Under the pieces are notes generated by a model. That model saw nothing but the letters and a program-made list of their open reading frames with translations, was not told where the DNA came from and ran no database searches. A DNA stretch of 64,000 bases from an uncultured bacterium (GTDB taxonomy: Bacteria > Pseudomonadota > Gammaproteobacteria > Burkholderiales > SG8-39): contig CBDDRX010000041.1 in the NCBI GenBank assembly GCA_965233165.1, positions 232-64,231 of the forward strand, in the 5' to 3' direction. The position numbers were made by a program, and so were the translations under genes. The number at the start of each line of letters is the position of its first letter. The first letter of the stretch is position 1. This document shows positions 55,791 to 64,000 of this stretch, in pieces.

Positions 55791-56491
55791 TCCTGCCGCT
55801 GCGGCTCGAGGAAGTGTCTTTCGCCGCAGGCGGGCGCCTGGTGATCCATCCGCTGTCGCTGGAAGTCGCGGCGGGCCCGGCGACGATCATCCTCGGCGCG
55901 AACGGGGCGGGCAAAAGCGTGCTCATGCGCCTGATGCACGGGCTGCTGCCGCCGACGGCGGGCCGGGTCACGTGGCGCGAGGCGGGATCGCGGCACACCC
56001 AGGCCATGGTCTTCCAGCGCCCGGTGATGCTGCGCCGCTCGGCGCTGGCGAACGTCCAGTACGCGCTCAAGGCGGCCGGCGTCGCCGGGCCGGAACGTGC
56101 GCGCGCCGCGCTCGTTGCCCTCGAAGAGGTCGGGCTGCGTCCCCGCGCCCTGCAGCCGGCCCGCGCGCTCTCGGGCGGCGAGCAGCAGCGCCTCGCCCTC
56201 GCGCGCGCGTGGGCACTGCATCCGGAGATCCTGTTCCTCGACGAGCCCACCGCGAGCCTGGACCCGACCGCGACGCGCGAGATCGAGTCCGTCATCCGCG
56301 CGTTCGATGCCGCCGGCACGAAAATCGTCATGGCGACCCACAACCTCGCCCAGGCGCGGCGCCTGGGCGACGAGGTCGTCTTCCTGCACCAGGGACGACT
56401 GGTCGAGCGCGCCCCCGTCGATCGGTTTTTCGCCAGCCCGCAGTCCGCCGAGGCGGCTGCTTTCATCAAAGGAGAACTGCCATGGGTCTGA
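55787..56491 (+). CDS. tupC: tungstate ABC transporter ATP-binding protein
   Basis: 234 aa. The ATG overlaps the tupB stop (ATGA). Walker A GANGAGKS, signature LSGGEQQR, Walker B LFLDEPT. Confidence 0.85.
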   Translation: MILPLRLEEVSFAAGGRLVIHPLSLEVAAGPATIILGANGAGKSVLMRLMHGLLPPTAGRVTWREAGSRHTQAMVFQRPVMLRRSALANVQYALKAAGVAGPERARAALVALEEVGLRPRALQPARALSGGEQQRLALARAWALHPEILFLDEPTASLDPTATREIESVIRAFDAAGTKIVMATHNLAQARRLGDEVVFLHQGRLVERAPVDRFFASPQSAEAAAFIKGELPWV

Positions 56492-57294
56492 TCATCCGTG
56501 TCCTCGTCCTGCTCGCGCTTGCTGCGCCCGCGCACGCGCACGCGCAGCGATTCATTACGGTGGCGTCCACCACGTCGACCGAGCAGTCCGGGCTGTTCAA
56601 GCACCTGTTGCCGGCGTTCGAGAAGAAGGCCGGGATCCAGGTGCGGGTGGTCGCGCTTGGCACCGGCCAGTCTCTGGACATGGGCAAGCGGGGCGACGCC
56701 GACGTCGTCTTCGTGCACGCGAAGGCGCTGGAGGAAAAGTTCGTCGCCGACGGCTTCGGCGTGAAGCGCTTCGAGGTGATGTACAACGACTTCGTCCTCG
56801 TCGGCCCGAAGTCGGACCCGGCGAAAGTGGGGGGGACGAAGAACATCGTCGCCGCGCTGCAGAAAATCAAGGCAGCGCAGGCGCCCTTCGCCTCTCGCGG
56901 CGACAAGAGCGGAACCCACTTCGCCGAGCTGCAGCTCTGGCAGGCCGCCGGCATCGACATCGCCAAGGGCAAGGGCCCGTGGTATCGCGACACAGGCTCC
57001 GGCATGGGGCCGACGCTGAACACCGCTTCGGGGATGAACGCCTACGCGCTCACAGACCGCGGCACCTGGCTCTCGTTCAGGAACCGCGGCGAGCTCGTCA
57101 TCGCCGTAGAGGGCGACCAGCGCCTGTTCAACCAGTACGGCGTCATCCTCGTGAATCCGGCGAAGCATCCGCACGTGAAGCAGGCGGACGGGCAGGCGTT
57201 CATCGACTGGCTCGTTTCCGCTGAAGGACAAGCGGCGATCGCCGCGTATAAGATCGGCGGCGAGCAGCTTTTCTTCCCCAACGCGAAGAGATGA
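56482..57294 (+). CDS. tupA: tungstate-binding periplasmic protein
   Basis: 270 aa. AAAGGAGA SD and a signal peptide. Motifs characteristic of TupA: TVASTTSTEQSGL, and SRGDKSGTH. Confidence 0.85.
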   Translation: MGLIIRVLVLLALAAPAHAHAQRFITVASTTSTEQSGLFKHLLPAFEKKAGIQVRVVALGTGQSLDMGKRGDADVVFVHAKALEEKFVADGFGVKRFEVMYNDFVLVGPKSDPAKVGGTKNIVAALQKIKAAQAPFASRGDKSGTHFAELQLWQAAGIDIAKGKGPWYRDTGSGMGPTLNTASGMNAYALTDRGTWLSFRNRGELVIAVEGDQRLFNQYGVILVNPAKHPHVKQADGQAFIDWLVSAEGQAAIAAYKIGGEQLFFPNAKR

Positions 57295-57298
57295 ACGA

Positions 57299-57640
57299 AT
57301 GCGCTACCGAGGCCTGACGCTGCGCGTGCTCGGTGCGGCTGGCCCGGCGATGGGGCCCGGCAAGGCGGACTTGATCGAGAGAATCGGCCAGACCGGGTCG
57401 ATTTCGGCTGCGGCGCGGGGTATGGGCATGTCCTACCGGCGCGCCTGGCAGCTCGTCGAGGCGCTGAACCGAACCTTCCGGGAGCCGGTCGTCACCACGG
57501 CGATCGGCGGTGCCCGCGGCGGCGGGGCGCAGGTCACCGACTTTGGCAGGAAGCTCGTCGCCGAGTATCGCCGGATGGAGGCGAAAGCGTCGGCGGCGAT
57601 CGCCGGCGACCTCAAGCGGTACGCTCGCTATATTCCGTGA
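57299..57640 (+). CDS. ModE N-terminal-domain-only (winged-helix) protein
   Basis: 113 aa. GSISAAARGMGMSYRRAWQLVEALN is the ModE-type HTH. There are no Mop/TOBE domains. It starts 5 nt after tupA. Confidence 0.75.
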   Translation: MRYRGLTLRVLGAAGPAMGPGKADLIERIGQTGSISAAARGMGMSYRRAWQLVEALNRTFREPVVTTAIGGARGGGAQVTDFGRKLVAEYRRMEAKASAAIAGDLKRYARYIP

Positions 57641-57652
57641 TATATAGCGCTG

Positions 57653-58399
57653 GTGGATCAGGTCGTCGTGGCGCTGCTGGCGGCGGGGATGCTCGTCGCC
57701 GCGTTTGGATATGCGTCCGTCGGACATGGCGGCGCATCGGCCTATATCGCCGCGATGGCGCTGGCGGGGATCGCACCGCAGGAAATGCGGCCCATCGCAC
57801 TGCTGCTGAACATCTTAGTCTCCTCGATCGCCGCGTGGAAGTTCCGTAGCGCCGGGCACTTCCGCTGGGAGCTGTTCTGGCCCTTCGCCGCGGTGTCGAT
57901 TCCCATGGCCTATCTCGGCGGCGCCCTGACGCTCCCGGGGCAGGCGTACAAGGCGCTGATCGGCGTCGTGCTCCTCTATGCCGCCTTGCAGCTTTGGCGA
58001 AGCGGAAGCCGGGGAGAGGAAATGCGGGCCGTGCGGTCACCGCGACTTGGGGTCGCGATGGGGATCGGCGCCGGGCTGGGGTTGCTGTCCGGCCTCACGG
58101 GGGTGGGCGGAGGCATCTTTCTCAGTCCGCTGCTCCTCATGCTGGGCTGGGCGGGGACGAAGCAGACCTCCGCGATCTCGGCACCCTTCATCCTCGTGAA
58201 CTCGATCGCCGGGCTCGCCGCCCATTTCATCAGCAAGGGCACGGCGTTGCCCGCATACGTGCCGGTCCTGGCCGGTGCAGTCGTCGTGGGCGGCTGGCTC
58301 GGCGCCGAGTATGGAGCGCGGCGCCTCGCCAATCCGCTGGTTCGCAGAGTGCTCGCCGTGGTGCTGGCGCTGGCCGGCGGGAAGATGATCCTGGTCTAG
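57653..58399 (+). CDS. TSUP (TauE/SafE, DUF81) family anion permease
   Basis: 248 aa, GTG start, about 8 TM segments. Duplicated G-rich motifs: GHGGAS and GVGGGIFLSPLL. Confidence 0.8.
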   Translation: MDQVVVALLAAGMLVAAFGYASVGHGGASAYIAAMALAGIAPQEMRPIALLLNILVSSIAAWKFRSAGHFRWELFWPFAAVSIPMAYLGGALTLPGQAYKALIGVVLLYAALQLWRSGSRGEEMRAVRSPRLGVAMGIGAGLGLLSGLTGVGGGIFLSPLLLMLGWAGTKQTSAISAPFILVNSIAGLAAHFISKGTALPAYVPVLAGAVVVGGWLGAEYGARRLANPLVRRVLAVVLALAGGKMILV

Positions 58400-58461
58400 G
58401 GAATATCCGGACTGCTGTAATGTTGGCGCCTCGGACACGACTACATACCGGACGGAACGCG

Positions 58462-58797
58462 ATGAGCAATTATTTCGAATCGGAGGACCTGAAGAAGTTC
58501 GGCGAGATCGGGCAGCACGCCAAGGGGCTCGCCGATGACTTCTTCAAGTACTACGGCCACGTCACCGGGACCGACGGGGCACTGACGAAGCGCGAGAAGG
58601 CCTTGATTGCGCTCGCGGTTTCGCATGCGCAGAAATGCCCTTACTGCATCGACGCCTATACGACGCAGTGCCTCGAGACCGGGGCGAATCCGGAGCAGAT
58701 GATGGAGGCGGTGCACGTCGCCGCCGTGATGCAGGCAGGCATCACGCTGGTGCATTCCGTGCAGATGCAGAACCACCTGAAGAAGCTGGTGCTTTGA
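58462..58797 (+). CDS. AhpD/carboxymuconolactone-decarboxylase-like protein of the ArsS-associated 'peroxidase-like' type
   Basis: 111 aa. LTKREKALIALAVSHAQKCPYCIDAY carries the CxxC of the AhpD fold. The stop overlaps the arsS TTG start. Confidence 0.78.
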   Translation: MSNYFESEDLKKFGEIGQHAKGLADDFFKYYGHVTGTDGALTKREKALIALAVSHAQKCPYCIDAYTTQCLETGANPEQMMEAVHVAAVMQAGITLVHSVQMQNHLKKLVL

Positions 58798-59816
58798 GCG
58801 CCGCTGCACCGGTACGCGTCTTCCGCGAGCGCGCGAAGCACGACTTCGAGGGCGAGCTGCGCAGGCGCGGCATCGCGCTGCCGCCGCTCGCCGTCGAGAC
58901 GCTGCAGGTCAACATCACGAAGCTGTGCAACCAGGTCTGCCGCCACTGCCACGTCGACGCCTCGCCCTCCCGCACGGAGATGCTCTCGCCTGAAGGAATC
59001 CAGAAGTGCCTCGAGATCCTCGCCCGCCAGCCGCGGCTGAAGAAGCTCGACATCACCGGCGGCGCGCCCGAGCTGCATCCAGGCTTCGACGGCTTCGTGG
59101 AGCGGGCGGTCGCGCTCGGCAAGCACGTCATGGTCCGACACAACCTGACGGTGCAGCTCGACGGGCATCCCGTGACCAGGGAAGGGAAGGAGTATCTTCC
59201 GGAGTTCTTCGCCCGCAACCGCATCGAGGTGATCTCGTCGCTGCCGTACTACCAGGAGTTCTTCACCGACGCGCAGCGCGGCTCCGGCGTATTCAGGAAG
59301 AGCATCGAGGCGCTGAAGCGCCTGAACGCCGTGGGCTACGGCGTTGACGGAAGCGGCCTGGTCCTCAACCTCATCTACAACCCGGTCGGCCCCTACCTGC
59401 CTGCGGCGCAGGCGGGCCTCGAGGCGGACTACAAGCGCAGCCTGCGCGAGGGCTTCGGGGTGGTCTTCAACGCCCTGCACACGATCACCAACATGCCGAT
59501 CAACCGCTTCCGGCTGCACCTGGAAAAGAGCGGGCAGTACGACGCGTACCTGGAAAAGCTCCACGCCGCGTTCAACCCGGCGGCGGCGGAAGGCGTGATG
59601 TGCCGCAGCCTGATCAGCGTCGGCCATGACGGCCGCATCTACGACTGCGACTTCAACCAGATGCTGGAGATGGATGCCGTCGACGCGCGCGGCCGGCCGC
59701 TCTCGATCTTCGACTTCGACCTCGAGAAGGTGATGCGGCGCTCCATCCGCTTCGAGGCGCACTGCTTCGGCTGCACGGCCGGCGCCGGAAGCTCCTGCGG
59801 AGGGGCCACCGCCTAG
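58794..59816 (+). CDS. arsS: ArsS-type radical SAM / Cys-rich domain protein (arsenosugar-biosynthesis family), Cys form
   Basis: 340 aa. TTG 58794 overlaps the upstream stop (TTGA). Radical SAM CNQVCRHCH. C-terminal Cys-rich tail CRSLISVGHDGRIYDCDFN...HCFGCTAGAGSSCGG. No in-frame TGA. Confidence 0.82.
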   Translation: MSAAAPVRVFRERAKHDFEGELRRRGIALPPLAVETLQVNITKLCNQVCRHCHVDASPSRTEMLSPEGIQKCLEILARQPRLKKLDITGGAPELHPGFDGFVERAVALGKHVMVRHNLTVQLDGHPVTREGKEYLPEFFARNRIEVISSLPYYQEFFTDAQRGSGVFRKSIEALKRLNAVGYGVDGSGLVLNLIYNPVGPYLPAAQAGLEADYKRSLREGFGVVFNALHTITNMPINRFRLHLEKSGQYDAYLEKLHAAFNPAAAEGVMCRSLISVGHDGRIYDCDFNQMLEMDAVDARGRPLSIFDFDLEKVMRRSIRFEAHCFGCTAGAGSSCGGATA

Positions 59817-59830
59817 CTACAATCGGCGGC

Positions 59831-60328
59831 ATGAAGATCTTCGGCTTCGCCGGCTGGTCCGGAAGCGGCAAGACCACGCTGGTCGAGAAGCTCATCCCGC
59901 GCTTCGTCCAGGGCGGGCTGCGCGTGTCGCTGGTCAAGCACGCGCATCACAACTTCGACGTCGATACGCCCGGGAAGGACTCGTACCGGCATCGCCAGGC
60001 GGGCGCGAGCGAGATCCTGGTGACCTCGTCGCGGCGCTGGGTGCTGATGCACGAGCTGCGCGGCGCGCAGGAGCCGTCGTTCGACGAGCAGGTGAAGCGC
60101 CTGTCTCCCTGCGACCTGCTTCTCGTCGAGGGCTTCAAGTTCGCGCCGATCCCGAAGCTCGAAGTGTGGCGCAAGGAAACCGGCGAGGCGCTGCTCCACC
60201 CGAACGATCCGCACATCGTCGCGGTCGCCACCGATGCGAAGATCGAGGCGAAGCTGCCGGTCCTCGACCTCAACGACGATGCCGCCATCGCGCGCTTCAT
60301 CCTGAAGCACCTGAAGCTCGATGAATAA
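59831..60328 (+). CDS. mobB: molybdopterin-guanine dinucleotide biosynthesis adaptor protein
   Basis: 165 aa. Motifs: P-loop GWSGSGKTT, VKHAHH, and EGFK. Confidence 0.88.
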   Translation: MKIFGFAGWSGSGKTTLVEKLIPRFVQGGLRVSLVKHAHHNFDVDTPGKDSYRHRQAGASEILVTSSRRWVLMHELRGAQEPSFDEQVKRLSPCDLLLVEGFKFAPIPKLEVWRKETGEALLHPNDPHIVAVATDAKIEAKLPVLDLNDDAAIARFILKHLKLDE

Positions 60329-61523
60329 GGGCCTGCTCTCGGTCGACGAGGCGCTCGAGCTCCTGCTTGCGGGCGCGCGGCCGGTAAAGGAGGTCGAGGA
60401 GGTGCCGGCGCTCGAGGCGACGAACCGCGTGCTCGCCCGCGCGCAGCGCTCGACGATGGACGTCCCGCCGATGGACAACAGCGCCATGGACGGGTACGCC
60501 GTCCGCGTTTCGGACCTGCAGAAAAGCCCTTCCCTGAAGGTCTCCCAGCGCATCATGGCCGGCTCGGTGGGAAAACCGCTCGCGCCGGACACGGCAGCGC
60601 GCATCTTTACGGGCGCACCGATTCCCCCGGGGGCCGACGCAGTGGTCATGCAGGAGCACTGTGAAGCCGATTTTGATTCTGTCTCGGTAAAGAGATTCCC
60701 CAGGGCAGGAGAATGGGTCCGCCTGGCCGCCAGCGACGTGAAGAAGGGCGGCGAGATCCTTCCGGCGGGAAAGCGCCTGCTTCCGCAGGACACCGGGCTC
60801 GCGGCCTCGGTGGGGATTGCTTCCCTGCCGGTGTTTAGGCGGGTTCGCCTTGGCCTGTTCTTTACGGGCGACGAGCTGGTGATGCCCGGCGAGCCGCTCG
60901 CGCCGGGGCGGATCTACAACTCGAACCGCTTCACCCTGCGCGGGCTCGCCGGCATGTTCGGCTGCGAGGTGCGGGACTACGGCATCGTTCCCGACACGCT
61001 GGAGGCCACGCGTGCAGTGCTGCGCAGGGCGGCTGCCGAGTGCGACGTGATCGTGACCTCGGGCGGCGTGTCCGTCGGCGACGCGGATTTCGTGAAGCCG
61101 GCGGTGGAGGCCGAAGGCGATCTCCTCATGTGGAAGATCGCGATGAAGCCCGGCCGTCCGCTCGCCTTCGGCAAGGTGGGGCAGGCGGCGTTCATCGGCC
61201 TGCCCGGAAATCCGGTCTCCAGCTTCGTGACCTTCCTGATCTTCGTGCGCCCGTTCCTGCTCAGGACGCAGGGGGTCGCCGATCCGCAGCCCAGGGCGAT
61301 CGCCGCGCGGGCGGATTTCGACTGGCCCGAGCCTGACGCGAGGCGCGAGTTCCTGCGCGTAAAATGGAACGCGCAGGGCGGGCTCGACCTGTACCCGACG
61401 CAGGATTCCGCGGTGCTGACCTCCACGGCCTGGGCCGACGGCCTGGTCGACAATCCGGCGCAGCAGGCGATCCGCAAGGGCGACAGCGTGCGCTTCCTGC
61501 CGTACTCGGAGCTGTACCGGTGA
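60321..61523 (+). CDS. moeA: molybdopterin molybdenumtransferase (paralogue 2)
   Basis: 400 aa. 8-nt overlap with mobB. Motifs: DNSAMDGYAV, TSGGVSVGDADF, KIAMKPGRPLAFG, GLPGNPVS. Confidence 0.9.
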   Translation: MNKGLLSVDEALELLLAGARPVKEVEEVPALEATNRVLARAQRSTMDVPPMDNSAMDGYAVRVSDLQKSPSLKVSQRIMAGSVGKPLAPDTAARIFTGAPIPPGADAVVMQEHCEADFDSVSVKRFPRAGEWVRLAASDVKKGGEILPAGKRLLPQDTGLAASVGIASLPVFRRVRLGLFFTGDELVMPGEPLAPGRIYNSNRFTLRGLAGMFGCEVRDYGIVPDTLEATRAVLRRAAAECDVIVTSGGVSVGDADFVKPAVEAEGDLLMWKIAMKPGRPLAFGKVGQAAFIGLPGNPVSSFVTFLIFVRPFLLRTQGVADPQPRAIAARADFDWPEPDARREFLRVKWNAQGGLDLYPTQDSAVLTSTAWADGLVDNPAQQAIRKGDSVRFLPYSELYR

Positions 61524-61780
61524 TGAAAGTCAAAGTGCTGTTCTTCGCCTCGCTGAAGGAGCGCCTGGGCAAGGATGCCGAGGAGATCGAGCTTCCGCCC
61601 GGGGTCTCGACGGTCGCTGCGCTGCGTGCGCACCTCGGCGCACGCGGCGGCGCCTACGCGGAAGCGTTCGCGGAGAAGAAGCTCGTGAAGGCCGCGGTGA
61701 ACCAGGACATGGCGCCCGCGACGGCGTCCATCAAGGCGGGGGACGAGGTGGCGTTCTTTCCGCCGGTGACCGGCGGATGA
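61523..61780 (+). CDS. moaD: molybdopterin synthase sulfur-carrier subunit
   Basis: 85 aa. The ATG overlaps the moeA stop (TGATG). Ubiquitin-like, ending FFPPVTGG. Confidence 0.85.
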   Translation: MKVKVLFFASLKERLGKDAEEIELPPGVSTVAALRAHLGARGGAYAEAFAEKKLVKAAVNQDMAPATASIKAGDEVAFFPPVTGG

Positions 61781-62214
61781 AAGTCTCGGTCCAGCGGGAA
61801 GACTTCGACCTGTCTTGCGTCGTGAACGAGCTGCGCAAGGACCCGAAAGTCGGCGCGGTCGCGAGCTTCGTGGGCGTGGTGCGCGAAGTGGCGATGACGC
61901 TCGAGCACTATCCTGGGATGACGGAGAAGGCCCTGCAGAAGATCGTCGCGGAGGCGAAGGGACGCTGGCAAATCCTCGACTGCACCGTGATCCACCGCTA
62001 CGGCCCGCTGCAGCCGACCGACCAGATCGTGCTGGTGGCGGTGGCTTCCGCGCACCGCGGCGATGCCTTCGCCGCCTGCGAGTTCATCATGGACTACCTG
62101 AAGACCCGCGCGCCCTTCTGGAAGAAGGAGGCGGGCAAGGGCTGGGTGGAAGCGCGCGCTTCCGACGACACGGCGGCCGAGCGCTGGCAGGACCCGGAGC
62201 GCAGGACCGGCTGA
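61777..62214 (+). CDS. moaE: molybdopterin synthase catalytic subunit
   Basis: 145 aa. ATGA overlap with moaD. Motifs: GAVASFVGVVR, HRGDAF, FWKKE. Confidence 0.9.
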   Translation: MKVSVQREDFDLSCVVNELRKDPKVGAVASFVGVVREVAMTLEHYPGMTEKALQKIVAEAKGRWQILDCTVIHRYGPLQPTDQIVLVAVASAHRGDAFAACEFIMDYLKTRAPFWKKEAGKGWVEARASDDTAAERWQDPERRTG

Positions 62215-62597
62215 TGCCGCCGTTCTCCGCGCTGGCCGCAGTGGCCGTCGGCGCGGTGCTCGGCGCCTGGCTGCGATGGCTGCTGGTGGCGAAGCTCAAT
62301 CCCGTGCTGCCCTTTCTCCCCATGGGCACGCTCGTCGCGAACATCGGCGGCGGGCTCATGGTCGGCCTCGCGGTCGCCTGGCTGGCCGCGCAGCCGCAGC
62401 TGCACCCGACCGTGCGCCTTTTCGTCATCACCGGGTTCCTGGGCGCATTGACGACGTTCTCGAGCTTCTCCGCCGAGTCCCTGGAGCTGCTCTACGCCGG
62501 GCGCTATGGATGGGCGCTTGGCCATTCAGCGCTTCATGTCTTCGGGTCCCTCGCCGCGGCGACGGCGGGGTTTGCCGGCTACCGCGCGCTCGCCTAA
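62214..62597 (+). CDS. crcB: fluoride channel CrcB/Fluc
   Basis: 127 aa. The ATG overlaps the moaE stop (TGATG). 4 TM segments. Motifs: [10 protein letters not shown] and [11 protein letters not shown]. Confidence 0.85.
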   Translation: MPPFSALAAVAVGAVLGAWLRWLLVAKLNPVLPFLPMGTLVANIGGGLMVGLAVAWLAAQPQLHPTVRLFVITGFLGALTTFSSFSAESLELLYAGRYGWALGHSALHVFGSLAAATAGFAGYRALA

Positions 62598-62605
62598 AAG
62601 CGCGG

Positions 62606-62633
62606 CTTGAATGTGGGGTGGCGGCCCCCATGT
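62606..62633 (+). promoter_or_regulatory. sigma-32 (RpoH) heat-shock promoter of clpB
   Basis: CTTGAA (62606-62611), a 14-nt spacer, then CCCCATGT (62626-62633). This matches the CTTGAA-N13-15-CCCCATnT consensus and ends 43 nt upstream of the clpB ATG. Confidence 0.6.
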
Positions 62634-62676
62634 GTACGGTGAGGGCGTGGCCCTATACACCATACGGATCAAGACG

Positions 62677-64000
<1,324 letters not shown>

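Noticed and set aside
58794-59816. Selenocysteine form of ArsS (the family includes selenoproteins).
   Set aside because: There is no in-frame TGA, and the C-terminal Cys-rich tail is fully Cys-encoded (CFGCTAGAGSSCGG).

Overview
This is a 64-kb window of a high-GC chromosome, probably from a betaproteobacterium; that guess rests on gene content and synteny only. All calls come from reading the supplied ORF translations and the DNA by eye, with no database search. I support about 68 CDS and a few regulatory sites. I recognised no rRNA, tRNA, CRISPR array, transposase or integrase. Most of the long alternative-frame ORFs in the track are high-GC shadow ORFs. Gene content, left to right:
- wrbA/DUF2069, yihY, pyrF.
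- A glycogen block: glgA, a C-terminally truncated glgC, glgX and glgP.
- A MoxR ATPase translationally abutted to a Cache-sensor Ser/Thr kinase, and an HDAC-like enzyme.
- A selenium block: selU, a Tat-exported transglutaminase-like protein, and senB / senA-senC(selD), which matches the selenoneine pathway.
- tesA-ybbA-ybbP.
- An AT-richer rmuC preceded by a LexA box.
- A membrane-anchored otsA, otsB and a ROK kinase.
- A UdgX-type uracil-DNA glycosylase, then pfkA.
- A large Mo/W-cofactor and formate dehydrogenase supercluster: AraC-mobA-moeA, fdhD-moaA, DUF3305/DUF3306/poly-ferredoxin/TorD-like, the small Tat-target protein, fdhABC, mobB-moeA-moaD-moaE.
- chrA with a rhodanese-ChrB fusion.
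- A type II ABC importer headed by a ModE-N/PBP-like regulator, divergent from tupBCA and a ModE-N-only protein.
- A TSUP / AhpD-like / ArsS radical-SAM trio, crcB, and clpB behind a sigma-32 promoter.
The observations most worth follow-up are the sen cluster and its uncharacterised neighbours, the ArsS module with no arsM inside the oxyanion locus, the MoxR-kinase pair, the double W/Mo uptake locus with a candidate operator, and the conserved unknown-function module upstream of the Tat formate dehydrogenase.
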